From NCBI GenBank assembly GCA_032718475.1, contig JAUCBJ010007887.1, positions 1-64,000 of the forward strand: DNA of 64,000 nt, in the 5' to 3' direction. Below, one piece after another: positions 1 through 10,721 of this stretch (positions are counted from its first letter, which is position 1; each line of letters starts with the position of its first letter). The DNA is from Nemertoderma westbladi. Its lineage: Eukaryota; Animalia; Xenacoelomorpha. The position numbers were made by a program, and so were the translations under genes. The notes below the pieces were generated by a model. The model was not told the origin of the DNA, did no database searches, and saw only the letters and a list, made by a program, of their open reading frames with translations.

Positions 1-806
1 GAATCGATAAACATCAACGCCAGGCGACCAACCAACATTGAGGTCGAGCAGTATAGATTCCTGGACGGTATCGATTTCTCAATACCAAAGGTGGACGTTA
101 GGAAGGTGTCCATTATAGTAGGGATGGACTGCCCGACGGCCCACGAGAGAACGAAGACGGTCTTCGGCGAAGACAGGCAGCGGGACCCGACGGCGATCCT
201 CACGCCGTTCGGATGGACGCTTAGCGGCCCAGTTAAAACTAAGATCCCATGCAGTGTGACAGAGACATCAGGGTGCATGTTACCAGGCACCGCAGGCGCA
301 GAGGACGAAGAGGAGAAACAGGAGATAGTAGATCCAGATAGGGAGGTGACAGTAAGAAAGTGGGCAGAGGAGAGTAGGTTTCCCAGCAAGCATCGGTATG
401 GAGATGGAGCGGAGCGGATGGCGAGGTGTCCGGAGGACAACACTCCGGGGGAGTGTCCAGAGGAGTGTCCGGAAGAGACGCAGGTCCGGTTTGGAGGCAT
501 ACCGACAAGGGGGAAGTCGAGAAGGAAGGCAGGATGGAAAGGGATAGGACTATTATTCTACCTTCTGTTTTGCCTGTTCTTTCACTTTCTATTCATTCTG
601 CCGGCGGGAGACAACAAGGAGGGAGGTGGCATTTTGACGCCAGAGGGCGAGATAGTTAAGAAGGGGGCGGAGAGACCCGATTTCAGAGTGGCAGAAGAGG
701 GAGAACCAATTCCTGGTGAGATGGAATTGGCGAAGAGAGTGCGGCGAATTCTACAGGACCTACAAGATCAGCAGTGGGAGAGTGCCTGTTGGAAGAATCG
801 CCCTAG
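1..806 (+). pseudogene. BEL/Pao pol remnant of element A (protease-adjacent region fused to extreme integrase C-terminus; RT/RH apparently deleted)
   Basis: VSIIVGMDC...PTAILTPFGWTLSGP is the typical Pao post-protease motif; tail frame ends CLLEESP* (783-806), matching CLLEGTP* at 22350. Confidence 0.75.
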
Positions 807-1043
807 TTAAGAGGTTTAGTCGTCCAAAATTTTGGACTGAGGGGGGTGGGAATGAGGGCGAGACGCCCTTCCCACAAGAAATTAATTATTTAATTAAAAA
901 TAAATAATAATAAATAATTAAATAATTAAAAATAATAGTTAGTAGAAGTAAGAAGTAGTTCGAAGATAGGAGAGTAGAGTTAGAAGGCGGCGGGGTAAGG
1001 GAGTGTGGCATATTGTCATGCCACGAGTAGTAGTAGGGGGGTC

Positions 1044-1360
1044 GTGGGCACCGGAAGCGCCACGTAGAAAGTAGCAGTGGTAGAGTGGTTGTGGGCACCG
1101 GAAGCGCCACGTAGAAAGTAGTAGCAGAGATTGGTTGTGGGCACCACGAGCGCCACGTAGATAGAGGGTTTTAGTTAGAGTTAGTAGTAGAGTGGTTGTG
1201 GGCACCGTTAGCGCCACGTAGATGGAGGTAGAGTTAGTAAGAGGGTACGTAGTACCGGTTGTGGTTGTGGGCACCGTTAGCGCCACGTAGATGGAGATAG
1301 AGTTAGTAAGAGGGTACGTAGTACCGGTTGTGGTTGTGGGCACCGTTAGCGCCACGTAGA
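1044..1360 (+). repeat. Six tandem copies of GTGGGCAC-N5-GCGCCACGTAG in the 3' internal region of element A
   Basis: Directly visible; N5 = CGGAA, CGGAA, CACGA, CGTTA x3. Confidence 0.9.
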
Positions 1361-1941
1361 TAGAGATAGAGTTAGTTGGAGGATTTTAGTCAGAGTTAGA
1401 AAAGAGTTAGTAGACTTAGCAGAAAGTTAGAGAGTTCTAGTTAGAGTTAGTAGAAAGTTAGAGGCTTTTAGTTAGAGCTAAAAGTAGTAAGAGTTAGCAG
1501 AGAGTAGAGTTAGTAGTTAGTAGAGTTAGATAGTTAGGGTTAGTAAGTTAGATAAGGTAGATAGTATGATAGCACAGGGGTAGCATTAGAGGTCAGGGCC
1601 TTAGAGAGTGGCAGAGATTAGAGAGGAAATAGTGAGAAGAGCTGTTGGCGAGAAGTTAAGAGTGCGATTCAGGCGTGGGGAGAGAGCGAGTTGAGTTAGA
1701 GAGCGAAGTTAGAATGGTGAGAGTGTTGGGGAAACAAAAATTGTGTGAGAGAAGCGCACGATCGGCCCGACACGAGACGCCAGAGGGTAGTGACATCATA
1801 CCCATAGGGAGCGGCCTGGAAAGCCGACTCCAAAAGAAAAGATTTCCACCCCACACCCGATGCTAGATCGGGATCCAGCGGGATTGTAACGCACTTTATG
1901 GTTTGATGCTATCTTCACCGGGAAGATGGCATGGGGGGGAG

Positions 1942-2336
1942 TGTTAGCGAATCAATCCCGCCAATACTCCACAAAGTTAAGCCAATAAGCAATATTGGGG
2001 GACACGAGATTAGGTCCCAAACCAACTCGTGTCTCCCCAACAGAATGGGAAGGAGAAGCACACAATAAGGGTCAGGGGTTAGTATCCTGACAAGGGAGAG
2101 AATAGCTGGGGTGAACGGGAACACCTCAAAGGGCGCCAACAAGGGTAGCAACCAATCAGAGGGGGGCTGGCACCGATTGAGTAGCAATAAGGCCACCGTG
2201 CGATATAACCAGTAAGCAGTAATCATATTACCTCAGTTATCTCAGTGTTACTGGTGGTACAGTAAGTTACAATTAGGGAAGTACCGGGATTTTAGTTACC
2301 GTCATCCCGTCAACCTGTGAACGTCAGTGTATAACA
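1942..2336 (+). mobile_element. 3' LTR of element A (right end approximate), PPT at 1933-1941
   Basis: GGGGGGGAG|TGTTAGCG start, same as at 26168; candidate TAACA end at 2336. Confidence 0.6.
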
Positions 2337-3196
2337 TCAATCTATATCTATATCTATATCACGTCTCAAGATCACAATATAACGAACAACAGTAACCTCA
2401 ACTTACACTCTTTCACACGGCGGGGACGCGTGAACTAAAACAGGATAAATCGGGTTCATCTCCGGATACTACTCCCCCCCCCCCCCGGACAGTTCCATTC
2501 CGTTCGAGTAGGACACTACTGTTTTAATAATTTCGCACGTTTATTTTTCATTTTGTAAGGTAAACATAGAACATTTTTATTTTCAATATTTTCTTGACCC
2601 TTTATTAACCTCGATCGCACACGGTAAATATAATGCCTCGAGAATTAATAGTGAAAACATTTTAACTTTTTTTCCCATGTAATAAATAATTATTGTGTTT
2701 TATCTGTGTATCTGCGTTGAATATAATTAATATATTGATAATTAATTTCGCTGGAGTTAATTAGAAGTTCGCTGGATTTAATATTATTTACCGTGGCTCA
2801 GCAGAGGTGTGATGGCAATGTAAGGTCATGTGTGAATCATACTTGGGCCTATATGGTGAGTGTGCATGGGGGGGGGGGGGGGGAATTAGTAGATAATTCG
2901 GAATGTGAATCCTGTTTTCATTTTTTTAATCTGGACGCTAGTGGCCTTGCATGTTTTCACGTGACATACATAGAATACAGGCAAAAATACATAGAAATAA
3001 GCCCAACGCTAATAATTAACACATATATATGAACTATACAGGAAGGTACTGTTTCTCCTGTTCAAAGCAAAATCTAATCATGAATACTTTTTCAATGTAA
3101 CTCGTAACTAAACCAATTGGAATTGGTCCTTTTTTGAAGAAATCCTACATGGGCATTTTGGAGCTAACCCGCCACTACTGCTTGGCTCACTGGAAG

Positions 3197-4310
3197 TGTT
3201 CGCGCTTATAAACCTTTAGCAGTTTAGCCTGCCAATTTTAGTTGTCCTCTTGTTTATAAATCGACTTTAGCCTATATCAATTACCTAGTGTACTGAAGTT
3301 ACATCAGCCGAAGCCAGTCCGTGCGCGGCGTATGACCCACGGTGTGGGAGACTGGATTCGGATTCCTTGAGAGTTATTGCAGTGTAGACCTACTGTATTA
3401 TTCGATTGATCGCTACTATATAATCTCTGACAAATATATTTACTTTCGGGGAAATATTAACAGTTCCTTTAGGGCGTGGCGCTTTAAGTATAAAAACAGA
3501 GTTATGACTTATACTAATCACAACTAGATGGCCACAGAGTTTCGTAAATAGCGCATTCTTTAGGAGATGCTTTATTAACCTTCACACTACTTCACACTAC
3601 TTCACACTACTTCGCACTAATCTGCCGACCGTCACTGAATTTGATCATATATAAGGAGGATCGCAACTGACACACGTAGGGATTATGAAATAGCATTTAA
3701 TTCACACAAAACCACTATAATGTAAGTCGCAGTTGCTACCGGTAAACCTGTTCCTCTTACCTCAGTAATCAAGAAGATTGAGGGGTTTATGATTATTTAT
3801 CGGTATTCTCCAAATATAACAGCAATATCCATTAATATAACAACAATTAATAAAAGACCGTAAACAGAAGTAAAATAGTGCGGTGATTCAGTAATATGTA
3901 GTCAGTTAATGACAAGTTAGGTGTAAATGAGTTGTGACAAGGTGACAAGTTAATAGATTTACGTTCTTATAATCCAAGGCCATCTGATGTTCCTAGGCCA
4001 AAGTCTGAAACTTCCGCACAGAAGCACAGAAATATCTGAGTTGGTTCTGATGCTCAGAAAATAGTAAACAAAGACCGTAATGCATTGCGCGAGTTTCCAT
4101 AGGTTTCTGTTAGACATAAAGTGAAAATTGCTCTGATTGGCTGAATAATACAGAACAAAGAACCTCCACATCCACAAAGAATCAGCTGACAGATTTCGTC
4201 ATCTTGGTGCTAATTCCTTCCCGTCGCGTAGTTGGATAAATTTAGGGCTATTTTAGAGTATTCTGCGCATTGCGTAAAAATGACTTGTTATGTCCGCAAA
4301 AGCTTTTACA
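3197..4310 (-). mobile_element. Solo LTR of the C/D family
   Basis: TG..CA ends, 5-bp TSD GGAAG (3192-3196/4311-4315), colinear similarity to 27946-29141 and 46050-47326. Confidence 0.92.
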
Positions 4311-4751
4311 GGAAGTGTATTTAGGTAAAGCTCTATTGTAGGCTGTGGCTCTGTTTAAGCTTAGCTGAGCCAAGACGACAGATATTAGGATGGGAACACG
4401 AACACACCATAGTATCCTTCCCTGGTAGCCAGCTTGTCTTTCCCGCACTGGGGGTAGACCATTGCCATTGGTTGGCTGTATGCTATTGTAATACAAAGAG
4501 AGCGGCAGGATAAAGAGAAATGCCGATCTCACTAACAGGGCTGGTCCCACAGGTCACTTTAAGGTAGGTGGTACAGTAGGTACTACAGTTTACATGTTCA
4601 AGGGCACCAGTCCCTAGTCGCTAGCCCATAGTCTGTCATGAAGTTCCTGTAGTAGTTTCAGACGCTTTCACTCAGTATCCTTAGTGTCCAGGAAGTTGGG
4701 AGTTGAGTGTGGGTGGGTGGATTGGTGGCTCCCACGCAACACCGCAGTGTC

Positions 4752-5163
4752 GGGTGACTACAAAACAAAGACCAACGACCCAAATAATAAAGACCTGTAC
4801 AAATACAAAACACATGTGTTAACTTTCGTTTATTGTTTTGGTTCCCCAACACGCCTCTGCAACCTGCTTCTTTACTAACCTGCTCTTTTAAATGGCAATG
4901 TGACCTCACGCTCTCTGGCTATGCTGCTATGGGACCTAAAGCTCTTTGGAATCTAACACTCTTTGGGACGTAACGTGACTTTACCTCTTTGTTTTGTACA
5001 GGTCACAATGAGCGTTATGCACCATTGCTATTTAAAGGAGCAGGTTAGTAAAGGAGCAAGTTACAGAGGCGTGACGGGGGATTCTAAACAATTAACGAAA
5101 GTTAACACATGTAACAAGATTATGCAGGTCTTTATAATTGGGTCTTTGTTTTGTAGTCACCCC
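4752..5163. repeat. Diverged ~160-bp inverted repeat pair (foldback/MITE-like)
   Basis: 4752-4907 is the approximate reverse complement of 5001-5163 (GGGTGACTACAAAACAAAGACC / GGTCTTTGTTTTGTAGTCACCC). Confidence 0.75.
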
Positions 5164-5234
5164 GCAGTGTCCGCGAATTATACATTGTAAAAAAATATTA
5201 AAAAAAATTTTTATTATAAAAAAAAATATTATTG

Positions 5235-5492
5235 AAATTAATTTCCGAAATTAACATCCCGTAATTAATTTATGGACGTCCATTAATTAGTTATTTCATT
5301 ACGATTCTGATTGGTTGATAGATTAATTTCGGGACGTCCATAAATTAATTTCGGGACGTCCATAAATTAATTTCGGGACGTCCATAAGTTAATTTCGGGA
5401 CCTCCATAAGTTAATTTCGGGAAGTCCATATAGTTAATTTCGGAACGTCCATAAATTAATTTCGTGACGTCCAAAAATTAATTTCGGGACGT
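5235..5492. repeat. ~21-bp tandem array (AAATTAATTTCGGGACGTCCAT) of about 8 copies with inverted copies to the left
   Basis: Directly visible at 5322-5492; inverted units at 5235-5290. Confidence 0.85.
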
Positions 5493-6856
5493 TCAGATTA
5501 TTATACATACTCCTCCTTTAACGAAGCCCCATTCAACTCCCTTTATAAGACTGTACTCTATCAATGCCTCAGTGGGCGGACTCCAGTACTGCAAGGCTCA
5601 GCGCCGGGTAAGTTAACATTAACAATCTGTCAATAATAAAAATGAAAGCGAGCCGACATAGTCAGATCCACCAAATGGATGGCCAAGGAGACAGACTGTC
5701 TGGAATGAGCTGAATCGCTTCGCCAAAACGACCAAGTAGCCCATAGGAATACACTACATTTTTTTGGTGATTTTGGTCATTTTGGCCGCCAAAACGACCA
5801 AGTTAATGTTTATTGGGATTGGTACTGTAGGTCGGTTTCTTGATCAAACCTCACAAATAGTGAAATTTTTAATTTATACACAGAGAAGTAGTCTAACTCA
5901 GCCCAATCACCCAGTGGAATGCAAAGCACGTTTGTGTTGCGTCATCTTAAGAAACAATTACCTGTAGTTTCATAATCTACTCCCTCAGAAACATCATGAT
6001 CACGGCCAATTGAAAATTGTCCCATACTTTACCATTATAATGGCGATTACATTTTAGTGCACTGTATTAATGTAATATATGAAACCTGGAGGGCAGGAGT
6101 GTTATAATGCTTTAGGGTGATAGGGGGAAGCATGTATTTGAACTAAGAATCATTCCTCAGTTAACTAATCTTTGAGTTTATGCATGTAAAGTCCGTACTT
6201 TACAACAAATTTCAAAAAATTTAGTTTTTTAGCAGATAAGAAGATCGGTAAGTACAGTAATTGATACATTTTTAGAAAAATGGAAAGAATTTCTAAACTT
6301 TTCACAGAATACATGTGTACCAAGTTTGGTTATACAGTATTTCATCAATGATTGGCGGACTTGTTTCGGTTTTTATCAGCATTTTTGAAACTATCGGTAC
6401 CAACAGACAGAATGTCTGATATGTGACCTTTGTTTCCTTAAACTTCAGATTATTTCCAAACTTTTGACAGACTTCATACGTACCAAGTTTGGTTTAATTC
6501 CATCTATAAATGACCGAGTTATACAGTATTAGCGATCAAAAATTAGACAGATGACATACAACTCCTCTGTGAACTATTGTCTTATTGTTTATATCAGAAA
6601 CTAATACATAATGTATACCTGTAACCTTTCGGTTGGTGTTGGGTTTTGATTGTACCTACCAGTACTGTTATATGTATACACCCTACTGCTGTACTACCCT
6701 ACCGGTATGTGGTTCTTTGGTGTTTTCTGCTGGTGCCTTGATTACAGTCACATTCTGACATTATTATTATACAGTTATATTGCTGCACTGCTTTACCTCC
6801 ATTACTTATGTTTTCTGCCAGATCCCATATTTGGATTGCAGTATTTTATACGCACA

Positions 6857-6872
6857 TTTCTTCGAACCGGAT
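6857..6872 (+). promoter_or_regulatory. Degenerate tRNA-Tyr-type primer-binding site of element E
   Basis: TTTCTTCGAACCGGAT directly after the LTR; resembles TGGTCCTTCGAGCCGGAT but lacks TGG. Confidence 0.6.
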
Positions 6873-7082
6873 ATTATATTATACACATATTGCAGTATTG
6901 TGCTGAAGGGCGCGGCCCTAACCAGCTAACAAACTGTATTCTACCACCACCTTTGGGCTTTTATTACTGCATTAGGCCTACATACCGGTTTACCGGTACC
7001 AGGACTGCTCTCTAACCTACTACCATACTTACAGACTCATTACCGATATCAGACTGTTGTGTGGAATTCCGGGTATCCGGTA

Positions 7083-10000
7083 GTACCCTTGTAAAACGAG
7101 GATCCCAGCAAAATCCGCGGATCCTTTTGCGGATACCATAGAAGCAATGACGGATCCCAGTAGGATCCGCGGATCCTAGAAACCACGGATCCGCGGATCC
7201 AATAATAGTCTATGGTATCCGCATTATACAAATTTGTAAAACGCGGATCCCATAGCAAACCATTAAGGCAGCGGATCCCATAGACATCATTGAATATCCT
7301 TTACATGTCTCTTATGGTGTCCGCTGTTTACAAATTTGTAAAGAGCGGATCCCGTTCATTCAATGCAAATACCGGTACAGTAGTTAGGCCTTAATTATGT
7401 AGTTAGTTAACAGTTAAGCATATAATAATAATAATAAGCGAGCAAGCCGTAGCTATGCAGTAAGCCCGCAAAGTGCAAAGGTCTGACAGTCTGCTGCAGT
7501 ACAGCTGCTATAGGCCTATAGCAGTACTGCAGTATAGGGGCTGTTGCTGTTACGCTGTCTGTCGGAGAGGTAATAGCCCGTGGGGTAGGCCTACCGGTTA
7601 CAGTATGATTTACTGGCGTTTGGCTTTTATATTTTTTTGGCTTTATTATTGGCTCCTTGCTGTAGGTACCAGTACTACGTCGATATTGCACCAGTCCTTT
7701 TTCCTCAACCTTATAGCAATCGTTGGTTACTGTGAAATAGGTGGTAGACTTAATTAACAAGGATTCCAAATATGCTGAATGTAGATGAGAAATAGCTGGA
7801 TATGGTCGTCCAAAGCGATCTCATTAAGATTTGTATTATGTAAGACTTTAGTAGTTAATTAATTATGAGACTGTATTCCACGGCATGATGTACAGTACAC
7901 AAGATGTTATATATTATATTATTATTGTAATTTACTGTTTGGTCTCGTTTATACTGTATTCGTGATTTATATAAAAAAAATACAGTGATATTTTAGTTTA
8001 TTTTGTATATCAATATATTTGTCGAAACAAAACATATCGATGTCTAATCAAACATAGAAATAACGAATGACAATAATGAAATAACTATTTATTTACTTGC
8101 ATTGTTGCGATAATCTACTTCATACGATTGTGATAGCCTGACTCTATAATCCTTCGCGGCTTTTTCAGAATGTCTCTAATCTCATAGGGTTCTTATAACT
8201 ATGTATAACATACTATATATGGCGAATAGGGGTGAACCGGATATAACTTGATAATTAAAAAGCATCTAGTCAAAGATTGCACGCTATCAAAAATAAAATA
8301 TTAGAGTAAATTTGAAATTAGGGGGGGGGGGGGGGGGGGGTTGCCTCAAATCCCATCTCGGCGAGCTTAATGTCTGTCTCAATGTTAAATATCAATTAAA
8401 GGAAGGGAGCAGGTTACAATAGTACGTTATTCTAACCAAAACAATAAACTAAAGTCAATAGAACAGGATAGTTTTATTTTTGAGAGTAATCAGGTGTGAT
8501 TAGCGTCGATTTCCCCTGGAGAGGGATGAATTTTGATTATGTCGACAGTCCCCCCCCCCCCCCCCCCCCCCCAGCTCATCTACAGACATTAGAATATACG
8601 CCCATCCGATGAAGTAGCCTAAAACTCATTATACTTAATTTCGACACTTTAATTTTAGGACACTAATACCTAGCGAACGCAAGTCAGCATTATATTTGCG
8701 GATAACGGGCGCTAGGACAGGCAGGAACTGTGGGGTCGTAGGGAGATATATAGAGGTGTATTTTGGCCCATTCGATGTAGTCTTATTCAAATTTTGGGGT
8801 GCTGATGGACCATCCCCCTCTGTTGGTAAAGACGGCTGCTGCGTGATCGGCACTGGACCAAGAGGTGTTGGGTTTGGTTTGATGCATGGAGGGAGAGGAG
8901 GAAATCCAGCGGATAGCCTCGGTTCTCACACAACTCGAGGTACTGGTGTTTATAACATGTGAACAAATGGTTTGAGTCAGTTAAACGGCGAATACGCAAA
9001 ATTTCAGATTTCACCACTGCCCGTAACGTAGGTTTATGGTGGAAACTAGAGTACATAATAGGTAGTTTATTAGCCATTGGTTTTCTAAATAAACGAGTTC
9101 TAAGGCTGTAGGCATTAGCAGCAATCGTTAGATCTAGGTAGTCGACACTAGCATGGGAGTTCCTACAAGCTGAGTTGAATGCGGTCTTCATGAACTCGAA
9201 ATGCTCACCAGTTAGTCGCTCATCGTAAATTGCGAAACTATCATCCACCAGAGTACGAAAGAATGAAGGAGTCCGTAGCGAAATAATTATCGCCCTCTTG
9301 AGTACTTTGTACGAACTGATAATAGAATAATCACTACTGTGGTGACCGCCCATAGGTGCTCCTGCGATTTGCAGGTAGTACATATTCTAGTAACAGAAAA
9401 AGTTGTGGTATAAAAGAAACCGTAAAATTTCTGCGAGTTGAGTTGGTGTAAAAATAGAACGTTCAGGTAACGTAGGATCCTCCGAAAGTGCATGCATGGT
9501 AGCCTCAATACCCAATTCATGAGGGATGGCGGTAAACATGTCTATTACATCAATAGTAACTAAAGTAAAATGGGAATTATTAGTTGTTGTAGGCATGGTT
9601 TGTTTGAGATCCAAAGAGCTTTTTAGATAGTTATCGGCAGTAGTAACTAAAGGGTGCAGGTAGTAGTGCATCATTTTGGATAAGGGTTTAAAAAATGCGT
9701 CCGTATTAGATATAATAGGTCTACCTTTTGGGATTAGGGCACCATTAGGGTGGGTTACCCATTCGTCACGTGGTTTATGGTCTTTAAGAGTTATAAAGAT
9801 ATGGCCGGTAGTAAAGGTATTAGGGAAGAGGTGATGGCGAAGCCGTTGGTTCCCAATAGCAAGGGAATCTAATAACGGTCGGCATTCAACACGAAAGCGT
9901 GCAGTAGGGTCTTTGCGTAGTTTCTCATATGTTTCTTATCACCCAAAATTCAAAGGATCTCATATTCCTTAGCAGATTTATCCAATAAAATAATATTACC

Positions 10001-10475
10001 AGTTTTGTCACCTTTAAGGAATCTCCGCTAAATTATTGTTATTTCGGAGCTGTTTGAGAGCCAACTGCTGTGCTGGGGTGATATTAGGGCGCACATCCTC
10101 ATTAAGTTATCTACATTGACATGCTGGTATGAAGGTATGTCTGTATGAGTATGTAGGCCTACAATTGCCCTACATACAGAATCAAGCAATTGCATTGTTT
10201 GAACGGGATCCGCTCTTTACAGATTTGTAAACAGCGGACACCATAAGATACATGTAAAGGTTATTCAATGGTGTCTATGGGATCCGCTGCCTTAATGGTT
10301 TTCTATGGGATCCGCGTTTTACAAACTTGTATAATGCGGATACCATAGACTATTATTGGATCCGCGGATCCGTGGTTTCTAGGATCCGCGGATCCTACTG
10401 GGATCTGTCATTGCTTCTATGGTATCCGCAACAGGATCCGCGGATTTTGCTGGTATCCTCGTTTTACAAATGCCC
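7083..10475. mobile_element. Long-TIR element (Mutator/foldback-like, non-autonomous) inserted in the 5' UTR of E
   Basis: ~290-bp TIRs (7083-~7370 / ~10187-10475) rich in GGATCC; 9-bp TSD TATCCGGTA (7074-7082/10476-10484); G..C termini. Confidence 0.85.
8635..10110 (-). pseudogene. Penelope-like reverse transcriptase, disrupted, no GIY-YIG endonuclease seen
   Basis: KGDK, KDHK..GRPIIS, DVIDMFTAIP, YLQIAGAPMG, LVDD, YLDLTI, FRKP..YSSFH, NRGYP motifs in PLE order. Confidence 0.88.
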
Positions 10476-10721
10476 TATCCGGTACTTTTTCGGTACTTCA
10501 GTACTTCTTGTTTTATTTCTACCGCCACAGCGCTGTACAGCAGTACAGTTGGGTATCACTGAGAATACCCAACTGCTGTATCAGTACTGCAGTACCGGTA
10601 CCAATCTCCCGGTACAGCGGTAGGCCTACTGCTACAGTTCTAGGGCCTATCCTATTTCAAGCAACTGGATCAGTATTTTCCTTTAGATTTCAGTTGCTAA
10701 AACCCCATTCCAGCATTCAGT

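Noticed and set aside
1044-1360. Repeat-spacer array resembling CRISPR
   Set aside because: Spacers are related or identical to each other and lie within an LTR element; no cas genes
1360-1700. Telomere-like TTAG-rich tract
   Set aside because: Irregular AG-rich low complexity inside element A; no true TTAGG or TTAGGG array
4248-4550. Possible host ORF on the minus strand
   Set aside because: Runs into the solo LTR; no recognisable domain or splice support
6650-7015. Hydrophobic ORFs here and at 16181, plus duplicated short ORFs at 46589-47086/57382-57879
   Set aside because: They lie inside LTRs; duplication is explained by the LTR and there are no protein motifs
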